DNA of 64,000 bases. It comes from Candidatus Micrarchaeota archaeon. Its GTDB lineage: Archaea; Micrarchaeota; Micrarchaeia; Anstonellales; Bilamarchaeaceae. This document shows, piece by piece, positions 30,220 to 40,199 of this stretch. The position numbers and the translations under genes were made by a program. How positions within the stretch are numbered: position 1 is the first letter of the stretch; every line of letters begins with the position of its first letter. The stretch lies in assembly GCA_038046805.1 (NCBI GenBank), contig JBBSVO010000003.1:115120-179119 (forward strand), given 5' to 3'. The notes under the pieces were generated by a model, which saw only the letters and a list, made by a program, of their open reading frames with translations, searched no databases and was not told the origin of the DNA.

Positions 30220-31200
30220 ATGATCAATATGCCAGCCAAAAAAACGAAAAAAGAAACTGAAGTCAAAGTGAGCATTCCGGTGGAAAAAGTAAGCCTTCCA
30301 CAATCTCAGGCACCCACAGTCCAGCCTGCCGAGGAAAAGAAAGGCTGGTTTCCAAAGATAGATTCAGCGTTGGAAATGTATAGTCTGCTTGTAAAACAGA
30401 ATTGGAAAGGACTATTCATAGATGGACTAAAAATAGGCGGATTACAGTTGATAGTATCTGCCATAACCTTGACCCTCTTGGGTATACTGGCGTTCACATT
30501 ATTTGCTTCGATTATGCAGGCATTGGAAAAAGGGGATATTACAACGGTGTTGTCTGGAATTGGTCCAAGTATAATAATAATCCTTACAGTGTTTTTACCA
30601 ATAGCCCTTGTTTCTGCCGCGATTCAGGGAATTCTCAGCTTTACGATGTTTCCGGCAGTTGAGGAACGGGCAAACGGAAGGATAGTAGACATATTTGCAA
30701 AATTCAAAGAACTTGCATTTCCTGCGATAGGTTATACGTTAGTGGTTACGATCATATCAATCATTTTGCTCCTTCCGCTAATCATTGGGATTATTTCTAA
30801 AGAATTTGCAATTATTTGCCTGTTTGCAATAATTGGCGGAGCGGCATTTTTGATATTTGCATTTTCAATTCAATTCGCAGGATGGGAACTTACAGTGGGA
30901 AAGGCAGGCGTATTTGAAAGTCTGAAACGATCACATGCGCTAGTAAAGAAAAACATTGGTGGAACGATTGTTTTTGACATAATTTTGGTAGTTGTGTCAA
31001 TACTCATAAGTATTCCATTCAGCATTCCGTCAATCCTGGTTTCTTTACTAACGATGAGTACGGATTGGTTACCCGCATTTATTATTAAACAAGCTTCCAG
31101 CTTAATCATAAATTTCGTTTTCACGGGGGTAACTCTTGCACTAATAATGACGCTTAGTTACTCGTACTGGAAAACATTAAGACAAAACACTGGAAACTGA
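30220..31200 (+). CDS. Multi-pass membrane protein
   Basis: About 6 TM; ESLKRSHALVK motif typical of DUF7847/GDPD-anchor-like proteins. Confidence 0.8.
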   Translation: MINMPAKKTKKETEVKVSIPVEKVSLPQSQAPTVQPAEEKKGWFPKIDSALEMYSLLVKQNWKGLFIDGLKIGGLQLIVSAITLTLLGILAFTLFASIMQALEKGDITTVLSGIGPSIIIILTVFLPIALVSAAIQGILSFTMFPAVEERANGRIVDIFAKFKELAFPAIGYTLVVTIISIILLLPLIIGIISKEFAIICLFAIIGGAAFLIFAFSIQFAGWELTVGKAGVFESLKRSHALVKKNIGGTIVFDIILVVVSILISIPFSIPSILVSLLTMSTDWLPAFIIKQASSLIINFVFTGVTLALIMTLSYSYWKTLRQNTGN

Positions 31201-31308
31201 TTCAAAACCAGAAGCCAGACTGTGAACGCAAGACAGGATTCAAAACTAGAGACAACTATGCTAGACTCGAAACGCTGAACTCTAGACTCAACAAAGGAGA
31301 CAAAGACT

Positions 31309-32829
31309 ATGATACCGCATTGGGCAGAGCAACTGGCTCAAAGAATTATAACCGAAAAAAAGGAGCCGTACATTGTGAGCGCAGGCATAACCACTTCAGG
31401 GCCTGCACACCTGGGCACGCTATGCGAATTCCTTTTTCCAGGAACAATAGCAAAGGCAATTGAAAAACAAAGCTGGAAAAATTGCAAATTCTATTTTTTC
31501 GCGGATATATTCGACGCATTTGACTCGATTCCGTTGTCAATGGAAAAGTACTCAAAAGAGCTTGAGCCGCATCTGGGAAAGCCATTATGCGACGTGCCTG
31601 ACCCAACCGGAAAAAGCAAAAGCTTTGGCGACCATTTCTTAGATGAAGTGAGGGAATTAATGAAGCTATTTGGAGTGGAAGCAGAAGTAGTTAGAATAAA
31701 CGAATGGTATGCTTCTGGGAAAATCGACAAACACATTAAATTCTTCCTTGAAAACGAAGCGCAGGCAAATGAAATAATAGAAAGGACATCTGGGAAAACC
31801 AATTCAAAGGACTGGAGCGCGATAATGCCTGTTTGCGCAAAATGCGGAAAGATTGCTACAACGCGCGTTACATCGCACGATTCTGAAAATTACGAATATG
31901 TATGCGACAGGAATGTAAAATACACAACTGGATGTGGGTTCAACGGAAAAAACAGCATTTACGATCATAAGTGCAAATTAGTCTGGAGATTGCACTGGCC
32001 AATGTGGCACGACCTTGCGGATACGAAAAGCGAGGGTGCTGGCGTTGATCATTTTACAAAAGGCGGAAGCCACGACACGCTTTCTGCAGTCTTCAAAGAA
32101 ATGTTCAAAAAACCAGAACCGATTGGCTATAAATATGGATTTATTTTATTCCAGGGAAAGAAATATTCCAAATCAAAAGGAATAGGAATGGGCGTAGCAG
32201 ATATTGTCAAGGTAGTCCCTCCAGAAGTAGTGAGATATATCCTTCTAAAGCCGGATTTACAGGAGAATATTGATATAGACCCGACAAGCGAGAACCTGCT
32301 AAGGGCGATTGAGGATTTTCAGGGCGCGGCAGGGATTGCTACAAGTGGGAATGACCCCGAAACAATTCCGCGCGCAGAACAAAAAAGAATGCAGGCGTTT
32401 GGATTAGCCAATAATGGGGAAAAAATTCACTGGAAAGCACCATTCCTTGATGTTTTACTTTATTATCAAATTTACGGAGACTGGGATGAAGTTGGAAAAC
32501 TACTAGGAGATGCCGAAGGAGTAAAGTACCTCGCTCCGTATGTAAGCGAATGGATAGCACGTGAATTCATACCAGAAGATTACCGATTCAAATACCAGCC
32601 AAAGAAAGCAGAAGGAAGCGTGCAGAGCTTATTTCAAAAGCTCGAAGCTGGGATGGACGCACTCGCAATTCACAATGCGGTTTTTGAGCATGCAAAGACA
32701 AATGAAATCGAGCCTAAAGAACTGTTCAAACAAATTTATCTCGCACTAATTGGAAAGGAAAAAGGACCAAGGGTCGGGAAACTGGTTTACGCGCTTGACG
32801 TGGAGAGAGTTAAAAAGGACGTTTTGTGA
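31309..32829 (+). CDS. lysS: Lysine--tRNA ligase, class I
   Basis: GITTSGPAHLG, CAKCGKI, KLVWRLHWP, GVDH, KYSKSKG, GPR. Confidence 0.96.
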   Translation: MIPHWAEQLAQRIITEKKEPYIVSAGITTSGPAHLGTLCEFLFPGTIAKAIEKQSWKNCKFYFFADIFDAFDSIPLSMEKYSKELEPHLGKPLCDVPDPTGKSKSFGDHFLDEVRELMKLFGVEAEVVRINEWYASGKIDKHIKFFLENEAQANEIIERTSGKTNSKDWSAIMPVCAKCGKIATTRVTSHDSENYEYVCDRNVKYTTGCGFNGKNSIYDHKCKLVWRLHWPMWHDLADTKSEGAGVDHFTKGGSHDTLSAVFKEMFKKPEPIGYKYGFILFQGKKYSKSKGIGMGVADIVKVVPPEVVRYILLKPDLQENIDIDPTSENLLRAIEDFQGAAGIATSGNDPETIPRAEQKRMQAFGLANNGEKIHWKAPFLDVLLYYQIYGDWDEVGKLLGDAEGVKYLAPYVSEWIAREFIPEDYRFKYQPKKAEGSVQSLFQKLEAGMDALAIHNAVFEHAKTNEIEPKELFKQIYLALIGKEKGPRVGKLVYALDVERVKKDVL

Positions 32830-32838
32830 GTGTGTTGC

Positions 32839-33441
32839 ATGGCCGAGGTAATCCAACAGGATAATGAATTTGCATCCCATAAAACAAAGGACGCTATTAC
32901 GAGCGGAAAAATTGTAATTTATCCGACAGATACTGTTTATGGAATTGGATGTGACGCGCTTAATGCAACGAGCGTTGAGCAGATTAAAAAAATAAAAGGC
33001 CGCGATGCGAACAAACCGATGTCAGTTATACTTGGAACGTTGGATTTGGTACGCGAGTACTGCGAAGTTTCGGACAAACAGGCAACGATTCTTGCAACAT
33101 ATCTTCCCGGACCGTTCACGTTCATTTTGCGGCTCAAAAAAGGAAAGGAAAAAACACTGGAACAAGTTTCCGGCTCCGGAGGGAGAATAGGAATCCGCGT
33201 TCCAGAACATCAGTTAATGAGAAGGATAAGTTCGGGATTGGGTGTGCCTGTTGTAACCACAAGCGCGAATCCAAGCGGTGAGAAGGAGGTTATTGAATTT
33301 GGAAAAATAAATAAAAAAATTGTTTCCGCATGCGATCTTGCGATTGATGGCGGAAAAACGAAATATGCTGCTCCTTCGACAGTAATTGATTTAACCGGGG
33401 ATGAAATGAAGGTTTTAAGAAAGGGCGCGGGAAAGATTTGA
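32839..33441 (+). CDS. sua5: Threonylcarbamoyl-AMP synthase (Sua5/TsaC)
   Basis: YPTDTVYGIGCD, KGRDANKP, PGPFT, TTSANPSG, PSTVID. Confidence 0.95.
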   Translation: MAEVIQQDNEFASHKTKDAITSGKIVIYPTDTVYGIGCDALNATSVEQIKKIKGRDANKPMSVILGTLDLVREYCEVSDKQATILATYLPGPFTFILRLKKGKEKTLEQVSGSGGRIGIRVPEHQLMRRISSGLGVPVVTTSANPSGEKEVIEFGKINKKIVSACDLAIDGGKTKYAAPSTVIDLTGDEMKVLRKGAGKI

Positions 33442-33446
33442 ATGGG

Positions 33447-34472
33447 TTATCCCCTCAATGGCGTCTTCCTCAACGCGCAGGCATATCCAACGTCTCGTAG
33501 GTAGGCGGAAATCACCTCTTCGCGTTCTGCATCGCTCATTTTCAGGAAATTCCCGTCCCCTTTCCCATTCATGTATGGACAACGGAACATCTTTCCGTCA
33601 TAATCAATAGTAACCGCTGCGCCTGCACCCATCATGCACTGCCCGCGTTCGTCTGCGGTACTGTGCTCAAGGTTCAATGTAGAATTTTCACGCGCAAGCA
33701 CCTTCAACTGATTGTATTTATCCGAGTTGGGATCAAGATGAAATTCCGTGTTGCAGATGAAGAATACGCCATTTGCCTCTGCGGCTTCTTTCAATGCACG
33801 CAATCTCATCCCGCCATCGGCAATATCTCTTTCGCTAACAACGTAATTCATTCCGATTCTGGTTGTTCCTTCTATCAACGACGGCGCACTTTCGCTCAAT
33901 GTACGATAAGTTTCAATTAATGTTCGCAAATTTCGTGCGATCTCCGCCTCGTTCTGGAATGAAAGCTCAGCTCCAGCGTATTCCCGACCATTGAAAAACC
34001 CCGCGTCTATGAACGGGTTTCCAAACAAGCTGATCATTACATTTGTTCCACACCCTGCAAGTGTTCTGCAGGTTTCGCTGTCAAGATTTTGGCCAGCGGT
34101 GAAAACATAGGAACGAATCCCAAGGCTTGCGGCAAATCGGATTTTGTCAAGTGTCATTGCTTTGAGTACTGGATGGAAAGGGTCGCCCCTCCCATTAATT
34201 GTTATTACGCATGTGCCGTGATTTTCCGCAAAATCGCGAATAATTTGTCTCACACTCTCCGGACTCATGCGCCTTCCGCCATGGAGTTCCTGGGTAACAC
34301 AGCCAAAGCAAGCCTGTCGCGCGGTTCCATCAGGCATCCGTACCAGCTCTTTTCTTTTCTCGCAGAGATTTGCATCAGGAAGATTCAGCACATGAACCAG
34401 TGGAAGCCGAGTGTTTGGAGGATTTCGTACCCGTTCCATAATAAATTTGTTTATTTCCAGCATCTTTGCCAT
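33447..34472 (-). CDS. Radical SAM protein with atypical CX17CX2C motif and twitch/SPASM-like C-terminus
   Basis: C-X17-CFGC, INGRGDP (GGEP equivalent), FTAG (TNG equivalent), MISL, C-terminal C..VTIDYDGKMFRCPY..C. Confidence 0.8.
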   Translation of the reverse strand: MAKMLEINKFIMERVRNPPNTRLPLVHVLNLPDANLCEKRKELVRMPDGTARQACFGCVTQELHGGRRMSPESVRQIIRDFAENHGTCVITINGRGDPFHPVLKAMTLDKIRFAASLGIRSYVFTAGQNLDSETCRTLAGCGTNVMISLFGNPFIDAGFFNGREYAGAELSFQNEAEIARNLRTLIETYRTLSESAPSLIEGTTRIGMNYVVSERDIADGGMRLRALKEAAEANGVFFICNTEFHLDPNSDKYNQLKVLARENSTLNLEHSTADERGQCMMGAGAAVTIDYDGKMFRCPYMNGKGDGNFLKMSDAEREEVISAYLRDVGYACALRKTPLRG

Positions 34473-34582
34473 AAGGATCACCACCAATTGATAAATTACC
34501 ACAGTTGGAGTATATAAAATAAAATATCAAAAAATTATACAAAACCGATAGAATTATATAGAAATATAGGAATAGTAAACTA

Positions 34583-35596
34583 ATGAAAACCGGACTAGAC
34601 GTTAAGGATAGAAGGATACTCTATGAATTAGACCTAAATGCACGGGCTTCAAATGCAGAGATTGCCAAGCGCGCGGGGGTATCCAAACAGATTGCAGGGC
34701 TTCGGATAAAAAGGCTTATCGGAAACGGAACAATCAACAATTTCTTTGCGGTCATAGACAACGCCAAGCTCGGATATACCATACATAAAAACTTTGTCAG
34801 GCTGCAAAACATGGATAGCAACACCGAGCAGCGAATGCTAGACTTCCTGAAAAATCATCCTGCAATTGTGTGGATTGTAAGCTGCGATGGAAGATATGAT
34901 CTTGCATTCGGAACGCGCGCAACGAATATGGCTGAATTGGACCGCACGCTAAGCGAAATAGATGCACAATTTGGCAGCAATATTTCAGAACGTCAGATTG
35001 CAACCATTTTACATGGAGAATATTTTGACAGGGGGTATCTTCTGGAAAATCTGAAAAAGGAGATCAAAAACAAGGAAAGCACAACTGCAGCATTTGGCGC
35101 GATTCCAGAACCTGCACCTCTTGATGAAACAGATTGGAAGATACTTCTTGAGTTGGGAAAAAATGCACGCGCTACGCTGGTTGAAATCGCGAAAACAATC
35201 GGAATAAGCCCGGACACGATTGCGGTTCGGATAAAAAATATTGAAAAACAAGGAGTGATAAAACGATATAATTTTGTTCCGAGCGAATCGGTTTACCCAT
35301 ATCTTCATTACAAGGTTCTTGTCGGACTAAAAAACTCTGGAGAAGAGAGAGAACGCGCGCTTATAGGATTTTGCAAAACCCATCCAAATATCGTTTATAT
35401 AGTTAAGGCACTTGGCCCATGGGATTTCGAAATAGATATTGAAGTTGAAACCGCTGAGGAGTATAGAGGAATTATGATGGCGCTCAAAACAAGATTTGCA
35501 GATATGATAAAGGATTACTCATCGCTCAGCATTTATCAGGTTCATAAATACAATTTCTGCCCTGGAGTGCCGGCTAATCCTAGAAGGCGTGCCTGA
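34583..35596 (+). CDS. Tandem-duplicated Lrp/AsnC regulator
   Basis: Two HTH+RAM units (LDVKDRRILYEL..GRYD; LDETDWKILLEL..GPWD). Confidence 0.92.
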   Translation: MKTGLDVKDRRILYELDLNARASNAEIAKRAGVSKQIAGLRIKRLIGNGTINNFFAVIDNAKLGYTIHKNFVRLQNMDSNTEQRMLDFLKNHPAIVWIVSCDGRYDLAFGTRATNMAELDRTLSEIDAQFGSNISERQIATILHGEYFDRGYLLENLKKEIKNKESTTAAFGAIPEPAPLDETDWKILLELGKNARATLVEIAKTIGISPDTIAVRIKNIEKQGVIKRYNFVPSESVYPYLHYKVLVGLKNSGEERERALIGFCKTHPNIVYIVKALGPWDFEIDIEVETAEEYRGIMMALKTRFADMIKDYSSLSIYQVHKYNFCPGVPANPRRRA

Positions 35597-35602
35597 GAAC
35601 AG

Positions 35603-35730
35603 TCGGTAACATAATCGCCAATATTTGCTGTTTATCGCTATTATGATAGCTACAATTTGATAAACTTCGCGATTACAATAGCAACATTTAGAGAATATCC
35701 GCTAATACGATGGCGACATAGACGTAAAAT
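35603..35730. repeat. Four degenerate 32-bp tandem units with a palindromic core
   Basis: Units begin at 35603, 35635, 35667 and 35699 (tcggtaacataatcgc, tcgctattatgatagc, tcgcgattacaatagc, ccgctaatacgatggc). Confidence 0.65.
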
Positions 35731-35878
35731 TCAATACCTGCATGAGCGTTTCTTCTCTTAATCTGAAGAAAAACCACACAGCAACCTTTAAAATCCTTAG
35801 ATTACAGTAATCCACATTGATAATGTGGATAACAGTATGGCAAACGTCGTTTGCCATATATGGAAATGTGGCGATAAC

Positions 35879-36169
35879 ATGGTTGAACTGAAACGCACCA
35901 TAAGGTGTTCCAACTGCAATAGTGAAGCTAACTTCTTTCTATCGTCGGATATGGGCATGAGCGAACTGCAGATTCAGGGAAGATGCCCAAAATGCGGCAA
36001 TTCAATGCAGGTTACGTTTAGTATAGTGGAATCAGGAACAGGCAGTTCACCTGGACATCAGTCCTCATCCGATAGCGCATTTCAGGAATCAGGGCTTGCT
36101 GGGATAGATGAAACGATGTTCACACCAGATATAACCAGCGATGCAATAAAAGATTTGATTGATGGATAA
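35879..36169 (+). CDS. Small zinc-ribbon protein with acidic tail
   Basis: CSNC and CPKC pairs. Confidence 0.75.
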   Translation: MVELKRTIRCSNCNSEANFFLSSDMGMSELQIQGRCPKCGNSMQVTFSIVESGTGSSPGHQSSSDSAFQESGLAGIDETMFTPDITSDAIKDLIDG

Positions 36170-36194
36170 AGAATAAAGATGCAAACGTGCGGTT

Positions 36195-36998
36195 TTACAA
36201 TAATTCCGGCAACTCGCGAACCGAACCAATAACCAAATCAGGTTTCTCATTCTTTTTTAATTTATCAACGTCCTCTTTTTTCGCAATTCCGCTCAGAACA
36301 AGAACCGAACGGACTCCCGCCTTTTTTGCAACCGCGATGTCACTGTCAAGCCTGTCTCCGACCAGGATTACCTCATCTTTCCCTACTCCCAGCTCATCAA
36401 GAATCATTTCCAGCATATAGGTATTCGGCTTTCCGATTATTATTTTTGGTGGAGTTCCACTTGCGAATGAAAGAAACTCCACAAGAGCACCTGCACCGGG
36501 AAGCAATCCATCTTCAACGGGAAAGGTCGCATCGGTGTTTGTTGCAATGAAATCCGCTCCGCGAATTATCGCGCGGAACGCATTTGACATTTTTTCATAG
36601 GTCATTTTGGAATCAAGACCGACAACGACAATGTCTGCCTTATTCGTATCAACAACCGAAATACCAGCCTTAGCCAGCTCTTCGCCAACCCCATCTCCAC
36701 CAATGTAAAATACGTTCCATTTTGATTTCGGATAGTTTTCAGAGATATGTTTTGCGGTTGCGTAGGATGTAGTAAAAAATTCGATTTCTTTCGAGTCTAT
36801 CCCCAGTGATGCCAGCTTCTCAACCCTTCCTTTTCTCGAGCGCGTGCATGCGTTCGTTAAATATGCGATTTTTATTCCGCGTTTCTTTAGCTCTGCAATC
36901 GCCTTGTCCGCGCCTGCAATGAGCGTTCTGCCGCGATAGATAACTCCGTCCATGTCGAGGATGACGGCTTTGATGCCTTTGAAATGACTTGAAGCCAT
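36195..36998 (-). CDS. HAD-IIA hydrolase (NagD-like)
   Basis: DMDGV, LTN, ATNTD, GKP, GDRLDSDI. Confidence 0.93.
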   Translation of the reverse strand: MASSHFKGIKAVILDMDGVIYRGRTLIAGADKAIAELKKRGIKIAYLTNACTRSRKGRVEKLASLGIDSKEIEFFTTSYATAKHISENYPKSKWNVFYIGGDGVGEELAKAGISVVDTNKADIVVVGLDSKMTYEKMSNAFRAIIRGADFIATNTDATFPVEDGLLPGAGALVEFLSFASGTPPKIIIGKPNTYMLEMILDELGVGKDEVILVGDRLDSDIAVAKKAGVRSVLVLSGIAKKEDVDKLKKNEKPDLVIGSVRELPELL

Positions 36999-37030
36999 GT
37001 TTAAAATCATGAGCAGATAAAATATAAAAT

Positions 37031-37690
37031 ATGACAGTTCACGTTGCAGTTCTCTTTTCCGGAGGAAAGGATTCCTGCTATGCCGCAGGCTGGGCACTGG
37101 CGCAGGGCTACGATATAGTATTGGTTACAATGAATCCCGAGCCTTATTCAATGATGTTTCACCATCCGAATGTTCAATGGACGAAATTGCAAGCAGAGGC
37201 GATGGGAATCAAACAGGTAATGGTCACAACCAAGCATGATACCGAATTGAACGACCTTGAGGAAACGCTTCGCAAACTAAAAATCGGTGCGATTGCCACT
37301 GGTGCTGTTGCAAGCGTTTACCAGAAAGACCGGATCGAAGCGATTGGCAAAAGACTCGGCGTTCCGGTTCATTCCCCATTATGGCATTCTGATGAGAAAA
37401 AGCTGCACGAGCTTCTTGACACGATGGAGATTTACGTTGTTGCAGTGGCAGCAGAAGGATTGGGAAGGGAATTTCTTGGGAAACCGTTGCGCAAGCTTGT
37501 TGATGCCAAAGTAAAGAATATCCATCCATTCCTTGAAGGCGGGGAGGGGGAAACGTTTGTAACGAACGCACCATTCTTCAAAAAGCGGATTGAGATTAAA
37601 GGATGGAAGATAAGCTGGGATGGGGTAAGGGGCGTGGCGGAGATTGAGGATGCGGGATTGGTTGAGAAGGAAAAGAAAAAAACAAAATAA
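37031..37690 (+). CDS. dph6: Diphthine--ammonia ligase
   Basis: SGGKDS, SMMFH, ASVYQ, PLW, EGGEGETFV. Confidence 0.9.
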   Translation: MTVHVAVLFSGGKDSCYAAGWALAQGYDIVLVTMNPEPYSMMFHHPNVQWTKLQAEAMGIKQVMVTTKHDTELNDLEETLRKLKIGAIATGAVASVYQKDRIEAIGKRLGVPVHSPLWHSDEKKLHELLDTMEIYVVAVAAEGLGREFLGKPLRKLVDAKVKNIHPFLEGGEGETFVTNAPFFKKRIEIKGWKISWDGVRGVAEIEDAGLVEKEKKKTK

Positions 37691-37702
37691 GTTTTATTTG
37701 GC

Positions 37703-38122
37703 TTAGTCACATGGCGCCAGTGGTTTTCCACCGCTAACGGTTACGGATGGCGCAGATTCCGAAGTACCACTAAACGCAACGGCCTGACCTCCATTCAATG
37801 TTTTTGGACCAAACTCAACAGCTATTAGTGTCCCATTCTCTAGTATAGTTTCTCCTTTAGATACGTCCATTGTTTTGCCATCTTTTGTCCGAAATCGTAC
37901 CCCACTATTTGTTCTACAAAGGCCTTCTGCCATTACGTTGTTTAATACTCCTGTAATTCTCTCGCGCTCTACATCTGCCTCAATGGCCTTCTTATTGCCC
38001 CAACTTGCCAATCCCGCAATACCAGCAAACAGTACGGCTGCGGCGCCAAGCTTCGCCAAAGTATTTGCATTTCTCCTTACCCATCCTTTCTGTTGTCCTT
38101 CCATAACTTGTGCCTGAACCAT
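37703..38122 (-). CDS. Hypothetical protein with N-terminal TM
   Basis: GAGGTG SD; one hydrophobic helix. Confidence 0.6.
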   Translation of the reverse strand: MVQAQVMEGQQKGWVRRNANTLAKLGAAAVLFAGIAGLASWGNKKAIEADVERERITGVLNNVMAEGLCRTNSGVRFRTKDGKTMDVSKGETILENGTLIAVEFGPKTLNGGQAVAFSGTSESAPSVTVSGGKPLAPCD

Positions 38123-38135
38123 TTACCCACCTCAT

Positions 38136-38162
38136 TTGTTTAAGTTGTTTAAGTTGTTTAAG
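38136..38162. repeat. 9-bp tandem repeat (TTGTTTAAG x3)
   Basis: Direct reading of the sequence. Confidence 0.8.
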
Positions 38163-38238
38163 CAGTATATATAACAGAATCTTTAACAATGTTTGCGGAA
38201 GTTGTAAAATGGTGTTCTGCGACCGATAGGAAGTGCCT

Positions 38239-38646
38239 CTAAAGCATTTCCATCAAATCCGCGGTTTTCCAGATTTTGATTTTTTTCTGCTTCGTGAAAT
38301 GCTCGTCATCGCTCCAGATGTCGGCACCTGTTACCAATGCTGCTGCAACGAAAGGCACATCTCCAACATCAACTTCGAGGATTAATTTCTTGGCATCATC
38401 CCAATGCTCAAAAAGGGCGTCGTTTTCTACAAGAACGCATCTTCGCATTAACTGCTCGAGAAGAAGATTGAATGATGCTTCGTTCATCCCGGATTTAACA
38501 AGCAACTCTTTCTTGTATTTCTCCAGCTCTTGATAATTGGTCTGAATAATGAAAAACTCAGCGTTCAAATGCAGAAAAAGCCTTCGCGTCACTGAGTCTT
38601 TTATTAAGGCTGCAAAGACGATATTGCTATCAACAACCAGTTGCAT
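38239..38646 (-). CDS. PIN-domain toxin (VapC-like)
   Basis: MQLVVDSNI, DVGDVPFVAAAL, IWSDDEHF. Confidence 0.92.
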   Translation of the reverse strand: MQLVVDSNIVFAALIKDSVTRRLFLHLNAEFFIIQTNYQELEKYKKELLVKSGMNEASFNLLLEQLMRRCVLVENDALFEHWDDAKKLILEVDVGDVPFVAAALVTGADIWSDDEHFTKQKKIKIWKTADLMEML

Positions 38647-38647
38647 A

Positions 38648-38893
38648 TCACACCTTCTTTCTTTTTGCCGCCTCTTTTTCGAGTCTCTCGAACATCGCAT
38701 GCTTTATCTTATGCCCTATCCTGTTAACGTCCTCTTCCGTCAGCTCGCTCTTTTCAATCAACTTATCCATCCAGTGCAGTTCACTCACCTTCATCTCAAA
38801 AGCCTTTCTTGCGACTTCACTCCACTTTATTTCAGAGTGGAACTGCATCTCCTTGTAAAGCTCTTCCGGGATAGCCAACGTCATATTAACCAT
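38648..38893 (-). CDS. RHH antitoxin (VapB-like)
   Basis: NMTLAIPEELYKEM..IKWSEVARKA; directly upstream of the PIN gene. Confidence 0.88.
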   Translation of the reverse strand: MVNMTLAIPEELYKEMQFHSEIKWSEVARKAFEMKVSELHWMDKLIEKSELTEEDVNRIGHKIKHAMFERLEKEAAKRKKV

Positions 38894-38960
38894 AAGCTCA
38901 CCTATGTGTAGTATGTGTATGCAAATATTTAAAAATAGTTGGGAGCGAGAAAGTTACCAA

Positions 38961-39107
38961 TCAACCTTCTCTGAATCTCTTTGCAATATTTTTCCTGACC
39001 TGTTTCCCTAATCTTAATGCATCTTCTTCGGTCATTTCACTTTTTTCCATGAACTTGTTTAGTATTCGTAAGTCATTTATTTCGTTATCTGACTTTCGTT
39101 TCGCCAT
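38961..39107 (-). CDS. 48-aa antitoxin C-terminal-domain paralog
   Basis: Below the ORF-track cutoff. MAKRKSDNEINDLRILNKFMEKSEMTEEDALRLGKQVRKNIAKRFREG resembles DKLIEKSELTEEDVNRIGHKIK of the adjacent antitoxin. Confidence 0.7.
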   Translation of the reverse strand: MAKRKSDNEINDLRILNKFMEKSEMTEEDALRLGKQVRKNIAKRFREG

Positions 39108-39111
39108 CTTC

Positions 39112-40110
39112 TCACAACACCAAATCAAATTCCTTTCCGTCTTTTGTTAATCGCACGCCTTTTCCATCAGCAGCCTTTCCGATGACATGCGCGCCTACTC
39201 CGTGTTTTCTCGCGATTCCGCGGATTTGGTTCTCAGCAGCACGCGGAACAACAAGAACCATTCCAATTCCCATGTTAAACGTACGGTAAAGTTCGCGGAT
39301 ATCTTTCACCCCACGCGCAAGCTCTTCAAAAATAGGCTTTGGCTTTGGCATTCCGCCTGCATCGAATTCAAATCCAACAGTCTTGCTTAACCGGGTTATT
39401 TTTGAAAATGCGCCTCCAGTAATATGGGCTATCCCATGAATTTCCGCACCACTGTCAATCATTTCAAGCACAGGCTTACAATAGATACGTGTAGGCTCAA
39501 GCATTTCTTTTCCCCATTTCTCTAGGTCCAGAAGCTTCCGCGCCAGGGTATAGCCGCTTGAATGGATACCTGAACTTTCAAGACCAATAAGAATATCTCC
39601 GTCTGTGATGTCCTTGCCAGTGATCGTCTTCTTTCTTATCCTTCCAACCGCGGTAAATGCCAGGTCAAATGGCCTATTTCCACCTTTTATTACATCTGGC
39701 ATTATGGCAGTTTCACCACCAATAATCGCGCAGCTCGCTTCTCTCGCACCTTCAACAAGCCCCTTCATTAATTCATCCACAAGCTCATCATCTTCGCTTG
39801 TAAGCGCAATATAATCAACACCAACCATTGTCTCTGCACCGAGGCAAAGGATATCATTCGCGCTCATTGCAACCGCGTCAATGCCAACTGTGTCAAACTT
39901 CCCGATATCCTGCGCAACAAGGACTTTTGTACCCACGCCATCTGTGTGAATAACAAGCTGTTCGCTGCCACACTGAAAAACTCCGCCATAGTGGCCAAGA
40001 ATCGGAAGCGGACCACCATATCCCTTGCGAAAGTCGAACGTTTCCGCAATCCTGTTCCAAAGCTTTCCCTGGATCTTCTTCACGTGAGAAACATCAATCT
40101 GGTATCGCAT
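39112..40110 (-). CDS. purM: Phosphoribosylformylglycinamidine cyclo-ligase (AIR synthetase)
   Basis: TDGVGTK, IDAVAMSAND, GGETA, SSGIHSSGYTLARK, AHITGG, TFNMGIGM. Confidence 0.96.
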   Translation of the reverse strand: MRYQIDVSHVKKIQGKLWNRIAETFDFRKGYGGPLPILGHYGGVFQCGSEQLVIHTDGVGTKVLVAQDIGKFDTVGIDAVAMSANDILCLGAETMVGVDYIALTSEDDELVDELMKGLVEGAREASCAIIGGETAIMPDVIKGGNRPFDLAFTAVGRIRKKTITGKDITDGDILIGLESSGIHSSGYTLARKLLDLEKWGKEMLEPTRIYCKPVLEMIDSGAEIHGIAHITGGAFSKITRLSKTVGFEFDAGGMPKPKPIFEELARGVKDIRELYRTFNMGIGMVLVVPRAAENQIRGIARKHGVGAHVIGKAADGKGVRLTKDGKEFDLVL

Positions 40111-40199
40111 AATTAAACTAAAACGAGAAGGAAATAAAAATAGATGTGTAATCTTAAGGTAATAGTAGATGTTTAAATTTGTTTTTATTCAAATTAAGA

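Noticed and set aside
35603..35730. CRISPR array
   Set aside because: The 32-bp period is too short, units are degenerate with no unique spacers, and no cas genes are in the window.
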